Source of the DNA: Fimbriosthenelais zetlandica
Taxonomy: Eukaryota
Length of the DNA stretch: 64,000 nucleotides
Assembly (NCBI GenBank): GCA_977030845.1
Contig: OZ365115.1
Span: 9,672,001 to 9,736,000, forward strand
Direction: 5' to 3'
Each line of letters begins with the position of its first letter. Within the stretch, counting starts at the first letter, position 1. This document shows, piece by piece, positions 25,096 through 37,800 of the stretch. The notes beneath the pieces are model-generated. The model was given only the letters and a program-made list of their open reading frames with translations, had not been told where the DNA came from and made no database searches. Position numbers and translations under genes: made by a program.

Positions 25096-25419
25096 AACAT
25101 ACTTACTCCTTATCCATTGCATCACCATTTTGAGTAACTGAGTAGGTTGTACAATACTTACTCCTTATCCATTGCATCACCATTTTGAGTAACTGAGTAG
25201 GTTGTACAATACTTACTCCTTATCCATTGCATCACCATTTTGAGTAACTGAGTAAGTTGTACAATACTTACTCCTTATCCATTGCATCACCATTTTGAGT
25301 AACTGAGTAAGTTGTACAATACTTACTCCTTATCCATTGCATCACCATTTTGAGTAACTGAGTAGGTTGTACAATACTTACTCCTTATTCATTGCGTCAT
25401 GATTTTCGAGTAAATGAGT
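25096..25419 (+). repeat. 55-bp minisatellite, five near-perfect copies plus one degenerate copy
   Basis: Unit acaatacttactccttatccattgcatcaccattttgagtaactgagta(g/a)gttgt starts at about 25096, 25151, 25206, 25261, 25316 and 25371 (degenerate). Units abut with no spacers. Confidence 0.97.
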
Positions 25420-27237
25420 CATTGCTCCTCACCATGCTCACACCAACTGTGCAGTAAACTACTACTGATACTACTACGACTCATGGTGGAAACGCCCCAA
25501 GGTAGATACAAAATCTTGTTTAATCTAATATACATAGCAGACTTAAATCTCTATGCCTTGCAATCAAACCCATTGAGGTCTATACTAGTTGTTTCCTCTG
25601 AATCTCTCTGCAACATCCACCATCTTGCTTGACTTGTGTGGTACATACATGTATATGTACACATATATATACGTTCTTTTCCCCTCTCACGCCTGCCAGC
25701 CCTCATCGCCCAACCTCAATGCACCTGATCCCATCCCACTTCACGTGACTGCCCGAGATTCGGCGAGATTGAGGAGGGGCCGTACCTCTTTCTTCTGGGT
25801 GTTTCCTGCTTTCTCTACATTTCACAAGGGAAAATCTAATGGAAAACAAGTCCCTGGTAATAAGGCAGACATTTCCTTTTTCTGAGCCCTAGTAAGTGAA
25901 CCTCTCCCTTACAACAGGGGAAATGGATGATCATTACTGGAAGAAGTCATGAAAACCTGGTCATTAAGGTAAAACATGAGATACTCTGCTAGGGAAGAAG
26001 TAGAAGGATTCTTCAGTAAGGATCGGGGAGTAAATTGGCACAATTCTGTCATCAGGCGCTCATTTTCCACGCCTTACAGGAGAGAAGGACCAGTCGCCAC
26101 TACCTTTTGCCTGGGGAAAGTAACCATACAAAATAGACAAAATTGACTGGAATACCTTCCTATATTATGACTGGAATATATAGCAAGATGATAGAAAATG
26201 CATACCATAAAATATTGTCCAAAGGATGGAAGCGCGTGCAGGAAAAGTCCATAGCCTAATTGAATTGGGATCAAAGCCTTGGCCCTGTGCTTAAATTTCC
26301 AGAGAGTGCTTCATTCCAAATTTACCTTGAAACAAAAGGCTTTCTATCTAAAAAAGTAAAAAGATATATGTAAATCACAACAATCTCATTGTTAAATCAG
26401 TGTACAACCCTTCTTTGTCTGTGTATATGTTATTGTTCGCTAGTGCAATAGATGTCTGCTTATATTTCCTACCATAGACATGCTGCAATTGGCCGACCGA
26501 TTATATTACACGTTGCAACTCTGAAGATTAAGTAAGCAAACCTCCCTTTTGTTAGGACCTGCCTGATGCAGGGAAACGTTATCTTCTCTTTGTCAGAATT
26601 GGGAAACTTTCTGATTATAAAATGAATCCTGCTCTGTAAAGCAATACAGTGCGCATTGAGTGAAATTGAATCACGGGTGTGCAAAATCTAATTCGCGAGT
26701 AGTGAAATTTGATGAATCACATCGAGCAAAAGAGTGACTGAGGATAAAGAGGTAAAAATATAGTAGGTTCAATAATGAGATTCGGTATACTTACATGGAA
26801 ATAATCTGACCTCTTGCTATGCCTTTACCCTTATTCAGCAGCCATCTGGTTTTCGCTGACATAGTCCCTTGGGATTTGAGGGAAGAGGAAGTCTATTTTA
26901 ACCTAATAGTTAGAAAGACAGCTTGTTGCCCCCTACCCACTTTCGCAGTACTATAATGTGATAGTATATATAGAGAGAGGGAGGGCCGGGGAACTTGTGC
27001 TTGTTGAGGCAACCTTATGTGTGCCCTCCTTCTCCACGAATCTGGGGAGTTCTCTAATTAGATTTACACCGGCAAACATTTCTGTCACACTGCCTGAAGC
27101 TGATGGTATGTTGGAGGGGACTTGAAGGCGACAACTGACTTTACTAGATTATCTATTCACATGGCTGTAAAAAAAACACCAATGCTTGTTATATAGCAAA
27201 TAAGCTTATCAACATTTCATATATACCAGAACGCGTT

Positions 27238-27264
27238 TTTCTCAATATTCAAAATATTGAGAAA
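27238..27264. repeat. Perfect 12-bp inverted repeat with 3-nt loop
   Basis: tttctcaatatt-caa-aatattgagaaa. Confidence 0.8.
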
Positions 27265-27606
27265 GGCCAAAAGCTTAATTATGAAACCTCGTGCAAACAA
27301 CTTATTCAATTTTCAAGTGTTTTAGGGTTTAATTTTGAATTTGACTTCCTCATGAAGACTACATATTTTCTGTCTGAAACTCTCTAACAAAATAAAGTCA
27401 CGAAACACCCTTTCAAAACTTTTTTACAGTACAAAACTTTTGTTTTATTTGCTGAAGAAGCGAAAGGTTTTACGTTTTAAGCCATTTAAATGCCCTTTTC
27501 GACATGTTTTAGTTCAAAAACAAGTGAAAAGAGCAAGGGTGTTTAGGGGAGGGACTATAGGCAAATGCCATATCCAGCTGACATCCTGTGATGACATATA
27601 TTATGT

Positions 27607-27631
27607 GGGTGTGGGGGTTGGGGAGGAGGGG
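27607..27631 (+). other. G-quadruplex-competent motif
   Basis: GGGtgtGGGGGttGGGGaggaGGGG has four G-runs with loops of 2-4 nt. Confidence 0.5.
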
Positions 27632-28054
27632 TTGTAGGTTGTAGGTATACCTTGCATCAGGTACGTGACAGCAGTTCCTCCATGCCGGAGGGCCCGCGTC
27701 TCCGTATCCACTAATAATGCTTATATTTATCAGAAATGACTGCAGCTATCGTCTTCATAATTATTGCTAGCTCAGTGTTTCACCAAGTCCTGTTGATATG
27801 GATATATATTGTGGTTCTTGCTTGCAACAACCTGAAAATGTACTTGCTAAATATTAACAAAATTCTGCAGTTATTATTACAGTTATCTCCACGGCTGCTA
27901 TATTTCCTTGGTTATTTTGGCTGTGGTCTTACTGTTTGTACTACCCGGTCATTGAGGGTAAATGCATTTCATTCTGCCATGCCCCCATCACCACCAACAC
28001 TTACCCATATTGCCCTCTCCACGCTCGTCCTCCTTATCTTATCTTCTCATCCTG

Positions 28055-28135
28055 CCTGCCGCCATGATGGCGTGACGTCACACTAGCCTCGTTTCTAACT
28101 CGCCGCGGGGCTTGATGGTCAGGTCACATGATCGA
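28055..28135. promoter_or_regulatory. CRE plus head-to-head ATGGCG (YY1-like) plus M-box module
   Basis: GCCGCCATGATGGCG 28058-28072; GTGACGTCAC 28072-28081; GTCACATGA 28123-28131; locally CpG-rich. Confidence 0.45.
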
Positions 28136-28909
28136 ATGGGGTTTGGGCTGTAGTTTTTACTGGCCAGATCGTGTGCAAGATGAAACGACTGTTTCCAATC
28201 AGGCAGAAAGCTTTGGTATTTGGGTCGTCCGGGGGTCGGCTCAAGGTCGGCAAAGATCATTGTGAGGACTCAGGAGAGCCTTTTCAATGTCAGGGGTGAG
28301 TGGGGGTTTGGGTGATTTGTTTTCATTAATTGTGTCCTGAAGTATTCATGAGATCGTTGTATAGAAATGTGTAGAGTGGAATCTGTAGTGTCAAACTTTT
28401 TGAACTATAAACTGCATATTAGATGTGTGTATATTTCATTATCGTCCAGTCAACAATCAGTCTGGTCAGAACAAGCAGGATTCACAGTATCAGCTCACAA
28501 TGATGGACTACCTTCCTTCTTGAAGGGCAGCAAGGAAACTTTTACCTGTCCCTCAGCAAATAAAAACATTTTTAACACCGTTGACAATTAACTTTCTGAG
28601 ACATGTCTAGTCCTTAGCAGATCTTTACCATTGAGCAGGTTCTCCCATTAAGCATCAAACAACACCATATCTGTGTTTAGGTTTACAATCATGAGATGGC
28701 CGTATAAAAGCGTCTGTATCAGGGACTGAGCAGTAAAACCTGATCCCAAAGTGACAGGAATTACACTGAAAGCATTCACCGACAGACAATTCTCACTGAA
28801 ACATTCAATTATCCCATTCGCCATTTCAATTCGCGACCAATTTGTCACAGATTTGATGTTGTTAATGCCCCCCTCCCTCCCTCGGCTCCTCCTCCACCTT
28901 CCCACTCCT

Positions 28910-29150
28910 GAACAAAATGGCGACGATCTCTAATCATCACCCTTTTTCATCCCCCGCCATTTTTTTATTATTGAAGAACGCTGATCTGATTGGGTGAGCG
29001 GCCGTGGCATGTGACCAATAACAGGTTGCTGCTTTCAGAGCTGCCGACACTTCCGACTGGCTGTGTGCGTGCGCATACTGCTGGGCGGAAGTGAATAATT
29101 AATCCCCAACAATCACATGATTAGCGCGGGCCAATCATAAATGTCGCCAC
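28910..29150. promoter_or_regulatory. Dense promoter-like module
   Basis: YY1-like CAAAATGGCG 28913-28922; NF-Y boxes ATTGG 28989, CCAAT 29015 and CCAAT 29131; M-boxes CATGTGAC 29008 and TCACATGA 29113; inverted ETS pair CACTTCCG 29048 and GCGGAAGTG 29085 flanking NRF1-like TGCGTGCGCA 29066-29075; about 13 CpG in 240 bp. Confidence 0.6.
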
Positions 29151-32100
29151 CCTGGGAGGGCCATAAATCACCTGTGACAACAATATCGGAGAGGTGGGCT
29201 CAGCTTTTTCCCATGTCAATCGCTGGGAGCGAAGATGAATTTAACGGATAACACCTTGGTTGGAAGCTAGACAGGCTTCCATTTATATTGGAATTCAAAC
29301 GTTGCCCAATTGAAGGTGAAGTTTTAATCCGTTTAAAAGTTTGATCTGTAATTTGAGTTGTTTATTGGATTAATACATTGAATATTCATAAATTCACTCA
29401 AATTAGATCATGTCGCGAGTGGAATTTATTACCAATATTTCTTATGATTCCAATCGTGTTCATTCGTTATTCAATTATCCCCATTTCTAGCCTGGCCTAG
29501 CAATTGTAAGGTTATTATGAAAATATTTTCCCGAAGGGGTTAGATATGAGATGAAATTTCTGGAGACAATGAAGTTAGCCATTATGTGGAATCATGAGCA
29601 TGCATACTACTCAAATATATCTCAATTCGTGAGACTAATTGTAACTTTAAATGCATGAGTAATTTGTGCAGATTTTTCAATTATAATTGCTTTTACGCAA
29701 TGAAAATGATCCATCACCATTAGAAATAACTTCCAATCAATTAAGCCCTCCTCTATGCATTATCTAATTAAATGTCGGTTATTTTTTCTTAGAAAACACA
29801 TTTTGCAAACAATATGTTAGTGATACATGTGTGTGCAGTCTATTCAACTAATCCTGGATGAGATTAGACCTAATTGCTTCAATAAACATAAATCTTATTT
29901 TCATTTCCTGCGTAATTTAATGTTTATACGATAATAATGCATTTGAAATAAAAGACAATATAATATCATTGTACAAACCATTTCCCATCACTAATCTTTA
30001 TTGTATAGAACTAAGTACCGCAAGGCCCTCCTGCATTCAAACTCTGCTCAGGCAACGTGATTCAATGCAAAAAATGTGTCCTGATCATCCATCATTTAGA
30101 CTGGTATTTCTAAAGCCCACTGATTTCCCATCCTTGCAAATGCCGTTTCTGGTGACTGTTGATGTTCTTTCATTGCCCCTTCAAATTTAATCTCCCTTCA
30201 TCTTTCACATTTTTCTTCAGTTCTTAATTCTTGCTCTGGCGACTGCTGATCTTCATCGAGTCATTTTCCCATCGGCTTGTCAAATCCCAAATAATTCATT
30301 ATTTTTGGTGTTCGTTGTTTTGTTTCATTGGAAGAACGAGTCATTTTTGGCGAGCTTCTTTGAATGGCAATGCGATATATTGGCATAGGTTGATTGGAAA
30401 GGAATGAGACTCTGAGAGAAGTGCTGGGGTTTTCGTCCATTGCCCGAATTAAACGCGTCTGTCATCTGAATTGACATGCATATCAAAAGTCACATTACAG
30501 TTGCTCCAATAAGTGAGAACAGTTGGGAAAATTGCATATTTACTAAGCTCTAACTGCCAAATGACTTACTTCCGTTGCTCAAATTGGGAGAAAATGTCTG
30601 TAAACAAAGCATATCGTTTACTCTTGTAATGATAACTACCTGCCAAATGCCATACTTCCCTTGGAAACAATGAATTTTCCCCTTGCAAATATCACGTTAA
30701 AGTCAGGGACAAATGTAATTGCTGAAGCAAGATTTCCGGGGAAATAATTCGTTCAGCAGTATCAATTGTCATCTTTTTCCCTTCAGTGTTCTGTCTTTCG
30801 TCAGGTCTTCAATGTGCAATCACGTCTGGACTTTAATTCTTCAATTGTTATTTCTTGTCCAGATTTCCCTATAATATCCATCAGGTTTCAAGCCACCTTT
30901 ATTACAGTGATCCAAACCATGGGATAAATTCCGTTGGGCATTGCACCGGATGTTACCTAGGAATCTATTTCTAAAGCGTATTTGGCATGTTTTAGCCTAG
31001 CTCTATTCCTATAATACACCTCCACAAAACGGTATAGCATTCAGCCCAATACCTCCACATCCTGATGGAGCAATATATAGCTATAGCCAGGCCTTAATTC
31101 CCCCCATCAAACCACTGTGAGAGGGGCCTTTACTCTCCATTGATAACACTCACTAGTCCTCCAGTACACTTCTCAATGGCAGCATTGATCATGACCAATG
31201 GAGCGTGACGCCTACACTGATCACCCTCTATACCAGACGGACGCTCATTGATCAACTTCCAAGGGAAGCCACAGGGATCTGCACTCAAAGCCTGACAGGG
31301 CTGGCTTCCCAGACCCATGCAGCTATAGAGGCAGAATGCCGTATATATAGACCTCTGCTGTTTTTATTTTGTCACAGTTGAGCTAGCCTCCTGATTGCAT
31401 GGTTTCATGAAGAGCATTGTCATTTGGAACTAGATTTGGTTTGAAATTATGCCGGGAAGAGTAAAGAGTTCCGGCTCAGTGCTCCCGTTTGTTATAACTC
31501 AAGCAGCTGCTGCCAACCCTGCTGAATGCAATCTGAATGTGAACAGGACAGCTTTGTCACCTGAATTGCATCTTTTTGTGTTGAATATATTTTCTCAGTT
31601 GGTTAAATAGCCGGTTCCAGTGACAAAATTAACTGGAAATGTTTGCATCATTGCTTTTAAAATGAGTTCTTCAGTTCTTTCGCCAACCACTGCATGAAAA
31701 TAAGTCACGACTCCCCGGTGCATTGTGCTACTTCATATTACTATGATGATTTGCGTTCCTGCTTTATTGCCAGTTAATTTTGAGTCATTTCCCTAATTAA
31801 ATCATTAAAATATGGAGTTATTTCAAACAGGTGCGTGGAATTATGTGTCATGTTGACTTCCCAGACACAGAATATTGTTGAGCTTTCACGCTGTTTTGAC
31901 CTACCACCTTGTAAGTTTATGTGTTGTTTGCCTCGGACTATATCCTACTTTGAATATAGAAACTGCTCTCCATTCTCGGCTTTTTGCAGCTCCCAGGCCA
32001 TAGTGAACAATAATGTAGAAATAACTGGAGTTTTATGGACCACCTCCTGCAACATGTCTGCCATTTTTTGCATACCTTGCTTCACAGGGCCCGATTGTGA

Positions 32101-33894
32101 AATAAATAAGTGTGTTATCGCCACTACTCTTACCATATCACCTCAGGGATTGTATGTTTTTGGAGACATTCCCTGGTCGTTCCATATTTGCCGCTTACTA
32201 GGGCCGCCTATATGAGTACAAATCCCCACACGTTCATTTTATAACACAGTGGCCAGCATGGCTGGGGGACAAAATGAAGGCTTGATTTAGGTCAGTATTT
32301 ACATCTACCCTAACCTTGGTGGATCGATCACAATACCAACTCAACCCGTGAGTCTTCATTTTCCCTCCGAGACTGTGATGATACTTTATGAGATTTTTAT
32401 CCCCAATCTGTATCTTCTTTACTATTATCTGATGTGTCTCTGGACGGGTGTACGTATACTAAAACTTGCTCTGTCAAATCCTAGGCGACTTGCGACAAGA
32501 TAATAGATGTATAACTCATACTCTGCTGTTGTAGATCATTATAATTAAGGGCAGGTTTTTTATGAAAAGACGTGCTCATAGAGTTCCTGACTGTAATAGA
32601 AAAAAGTTCAGCCATCCTAATTGCACTGGTGGTTTTTTTGTTGCTATACTCGGTTGATTACATCAATTCTTTGATGATGATTATCAAATAACATTATTAT
32701 GAAATATAATATACCATCGGTTATAAGTGCACAACACATGCATTCGCAATTTTCCAACGCATCAGTACGGAAATGCAACCTTAAGAAAAACATGATCTTA
32801 CAATCTCCAGTTAAAAAAGCTGGAAAAAGCTGGATATTTGGAATCCACCGTGTAATTGCACGATTTGCAGGAGGTGGGAGTACCGAGTTTTAAAATGAGT
32901 TTGGGAATGTTAGTTTTTAATGGATTGCTGGGAACTGGCTCTCTCGGGCCCTGTCCCTCAGTGTTTTCGTGATCATGATGAAAATGATCCCCCATGTTTC
33001 CCTTCATGAAAAGCAGGCTTTATTGCCACATAAATGTCAGGGGATGTTGGTCAACCACATGGACCAAATTACCAAAGACCAGTTTGTTTATTGTCCGCTC
33101 AGCAGAATCATGTTATGAATGATGGCCAATATTTTCATTATTTAAACTATTCTTAGATATTTCAATTAAAAAAACCATTGCGTCATGGACATACAATTAA
33201 TATTGAGATGAATTGTTGCTCTCATTTTTTATATGATGTTCATACTTTTTATTTGTCAGTACCAATTGTACATGCATGATAAAACGGCATATTTCTTAAT
33301 TGTTAGTTCTGAAAAAAAGTAAATCCAGACAAACTGTTGCACCTTAACCTACGAGGGCACGTAAAGATATGTTCAGCTTTACATTTCAATGCGCCTTTCT
33401 TGCCTTAAGTCATGCGAATTCCTCATTATTTGCCACTTGTTTTCATTCACTAGACCCTCTTTAACTTTAATATATTTTGCGTTCAAGCCAATTGGATGCT
33501 CTCCAAAACGTTTAAACAGATATTTTCAGATGGGCGGGGATGTTTTTCCATTCATTATTTGTTTTTCTTAGTAATTGCCATTGGAACAATCTACAGTTGC
33601 ACCTGCATACCCTTAACAAAACATAAAGGCAATGGATTAACTGCGATACTATTAGCAATTCATTTTGTATTTTCGATTTTGTTTCAAACGACACAGGAAG
33701 GCACTTGACATCTACAATAACCTTTATTAAAATAAGTTGTATACGAACAATCCAAACCAGAAGTTAAAACTTCCTGAAATGTGATTAAATTCACCAATCT
33801 GTAGAAGATGATGCACCAAAACACAATACGCCTACTACTATCCATCCTTCCCTTTGCCATTAAATATTTTTTCTATGTATCCAAACTCTCATCT

Positions 33895-33910
33895 CTCTTT
33901 CTCTTTCTCT

Positions 33911-33962
<52 letters not shown>
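33895..33962. repeat. Compound microsatellite (CTCTTT)4(CT)22
   Basis: Directly visible; pure CT from 33919 to 33962. Confidence 0.97.
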
Positions 33963-33964
<2 letters not shown>

Positions 33965-34810
33965 GTAACATAAGTAGTACAGGCCATAGGCCCATTGCCG
34001 AAGGTTAACATTTGAACTTTTGAGTGAGTAGTACATGGAAATGAACGTTTTAATCAGGGTGTCTGTTTTCAGAGACATGCGAGCCTGATGGGACTTTTCT
34101 TGACTCATAGTCATGTTACAGCCCGAACTTACTGAAATATATCTGTCAGTCATATAGGTCAATGTGCACTTAACTCATACACTAATTCCTGCCTCTGTAA
34201 AGGTCAGACGTCATTAACCCTTATCTTATTACTACAATGCCTGCACCTGCATTTGTTTCTACCTATATTAAGTAAGGTAGATTAAGCAAGGCGATATTAT
34301 TTTTGAAAAGCTATTCCCATTGAAATTCATAAATTTGAGTTTTGAGGGTCATGAAAGACAGGGTTGTACCTTCATTTTGAAAGATTATTTTTAATATGTA
34401 TCACATTTTCAACTGGATATACAAGTTAGGGCAGTTCATACATTCCACAGATGATTGCTAATGTAACACTATCCAGTTCAATCCAACACCCTGCATATCA
34501 CCCTCCTCTCCTCCTCTTCCTCCCCCTCTCTCTCTCCCTCTCCATGGGAGCAGCACCATCCAGTGTGCTGTGATTGGTCCTCCAGTAGGCTGGGACGCTG
34601 GAGGAAGGCCTGCCTGCCTGGAGTGGCCTCCGCCTTGACTATACTGGACAGTTCTGACATGGGAGCCCTTAAGTTGGCGTCACAGTACTGGGGCATCGGC
34701 GGCAACAGCGCCAAACAAACAAGGTAGGGGGAATTCACATGCTTTCCCTGCTTTCATTCCCATATATATTTACCTACCGAGGGAATCTTATTCGCGGGAT
34801 TTAGGTGTGT

Positions 34811-34851
34811 GGGGAGAGATGGGTTCGGGGAGGGAGTGTGAGGTGGGTGGG
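34811..34851 (+). other. G-quadruplex-competent motif
   Basis: GGGGagagatGGGttcGGGGaGGG followed by further GGG runs. Confidence 0.45.
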
Positions 34852-37800
34852 AGACTTGGTATGGTACTGCCTACGTTGAAAGGCGTTTGAAGCAGCAGCA
34901 TTGAAGCTCTGTTGACTGACGGGGGTCTATCGCTCTGTAACCATCTCTTCCCTTCCTATTCCTTACCCTTACCCGTCCATCCATCCTTAGATTCAACAAG
35001 CAAACAACAGTCAATCCCCAAAACATTAAGAAAGAAGGAATACAATGTTACAGTTGACCTATAGGTTAGATCAGGTATACCCCTGTATACTGTACACATG
35101 AGGTATCTGTTCAGTGGTTGATCAATGGGTAAAGGCCAGCCCAGGCTGTCGCTGGAGGATTGCCTTACCACATATAGAGAGTGAGGGCCTACAGGGGAAG
35201 GGGAATCCAGTACCCACTGTCTGTATCTCTTTCAGATGAAACAAGCAAGTATCTTGTTCCTTCGTCTAATATTTCAGCATAACCAAGACGTAATCAATGG
35301 TCTCACTTACTGCTCAGATGTTTTTCCATTTGTTTTTTCAAGCAGTTGTTATCAGGAAGTTGCTTGAAGTTCCACCATAGTAATTTATACCCTTCGCTTT
35401 GTATTTAGGTTTTGCCATTTTAGATTGCAATCCAGACTTGATACGGACATGTATATTCACTTTGTTTATGTGTGTGTCGCAATTCAATTACGCTGTTCTT
35501 TGTATATCGAGATATCAAGTAGGAATCATGCTTATGAATACCTTGATGTTTTTATTTGAAACGGTTCTTGTTAAGTTGAATCGATTTACACTGCCTCCTA
35601 GCTTTAGGGAAAGCATGTCCCACCTTTCTAACTATCAGAATGTCAAGCACAGAGTCAAGGATCAGAATCAAAGGAAAGCTCAGAACAGAGTTGCAACAAA
35701 GCATAATGTTATGGATTAATCTGTTTTTTCACCCTAGGGCCAAGAAGCGTCAGTTGTAGGCGTTGCCATGCCATTGATGTTAAAGTTAAAAAGTTCCATC
35801 AAAAAGCTTTGTCAATTGACTCGTATTTAACGAACTGCCTCAAAACAAAAGCAGTTTATAGAGATTCTGTAACTATATAGTATACACATTTTAAACCCAG
35901 ATACAACCTGAGGCTCTGTTGAAAGAAATATTTTCAATACATGCCGAGTCCTTATGTTTTTTCATTTGTCAAACATTTCTCTGTTAAATTTCAAAGGAGA
36001 GCCATTGACATAATATCTATTACCTTCCAGAAGGTTATAAAACGTACAGCTCCATTTCTCAAAGACTTGGAAATGCGTCAAAACACATTCAGACATCAGT
36101 GACCTGCCCTTGCTTTAATTGCAGCATTGTTCCCATCCCCGACTTAAGCAAAATGGAGGGCCAAAAGTTGTAACCAGACTTTGTTTAATGGATGAAAGCA
36201 TGCCAACTAGTGGTGTGTCTGTCAATTAAGTTGCCATATTTGATCGCGTTCAGCACGTCAAAGTTCAAGTGCCTCATATAACGGTTATTGACTTTGAAGG
36301 CCATGCCTTAATGATTGGGCTTTGTACCGATGCTGTCAAAATAATAAAGCCCAAAATAGTACTTTTCAATTTAGTTAACATGAAAGAATAAATGGATGGA
36401 AGTTTTCACGCCATTCCAGCAACTAAGCCTTTCTTAATGGCGAAGCTAATATGAAAGCTTTATCAGAACATTAAGGAATCTTTGAAAATAAAATAAATTT
36501 GCCAGACTGTTGATTACTGCAAGGGCTTCAGTCACAAGATGTGACAGCGTGAAAACTTACATTTAGTTTGGCAACTAAATTACTAAGTGATACATCTTTT
36601 AAAATCCATTTTACCAAGCTTTCATATTTTTCGTAGCAGAACTGACAACTCTGTTAGTCGCACCTTAGAGCAAGAGGCCAGATGTGAACTTGATTGCCAT
36701 TTTTCTATACAAACTAATCCCATGATAGAGAATTTGTGATGATAGGCCCTGACATCGATCAATAAGAATCTGTTCTATGTCAGACATCAGATAAACAGGG
36801 ACAAAAAGAGGACGTGGCAGAATCAATGAGTCCGTGCCAATAAAATTGTGGCTTTCTCCAATATAGGGATATTTGTCTTATGTCTATCATATAAACGTAC
36901 ATATCAAACTGATTTGTTTGAACACACATTGTTATGTTCACATATATGTCAATGATTACGTTTTTACATGACTACTGCCTATGATATCCGAACAGGCAAC
37001 TGTTTGTGAACATTATTAAAGGTTATATCCGGAGACGCGGCACTGCAACAAACTTATAACTGCCCTGAGTTTGTCTTGTCTGCACTCTCTTGTACCTAAG
37101 AGAAAATTTCATATTACTATTGGTTCTCTTCCTTTTCAATGTCATGGACAACTAGAACGTTTTAGTATAATGAATTGTGTTAAACTGCCACAATGCCACT
37201 CAAGCGAGAATCCTCATGTAATTACCAATGATATCAAAATGTAATACAACAATATATGAAAAATGATAAATGATTAACTCTGCCCTATAATATATCTCCC
37301 TACTTCAAACTCCAACCAAGTGCTCTCTCCTGCTCTTCTGAACATCAAAACTTTTATGATGCAGTGATCCAATGAAGGAAGTTACTTCAGGCTTGTAATT
37401 AGCACTTAATGTAATTAATGCATGCAGAACCATAGATTTCTGCAATTAATTAGCGAGTTGCCCAGATTTAAGTAAGCCAATCTACAGCCAAGCATTATAT
37501 GCCCCCTCTGGAGTGGCTCCCTCAGCTAACCTAATATGGTAACCATGCTTTAAGATCCCTCTCCCAATCTAATTATTGGAATTGATTTCATCATTTCCTG
37601 GCCATCTAAAGGGATTAAGGAATCTCTGATTTTGATTGGCAAATCAGGCAGATGGGAGAACTTCCTCCTTCATATACCATTTGCCTGAAATTGTATACGG
37701 ATGCCAGGAAAATGATGAATGGAAATTGATGCTGATATTGCTTGATGAGTGAATTGTATCAGTAGGAATCAAATTATCAAATGTTGGCAATCGATCTGTG

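Noticed and set aside
25096-25419. CRISPR interpretation of the 55-bp array, and the let-7-like agtaggttgtac inside it
   Set aside because: Units abut with no unique spacers and there are no cas genes. The let-7 similarity lacks the seed and a precursor hairpin.
32375-32422. C/D-box snoRNA candidate (GTGATGA...CTGA)
   Set aside because: It is too short, has no C'/D' boxes, and the terminal stem is out of register for a kink-turn.
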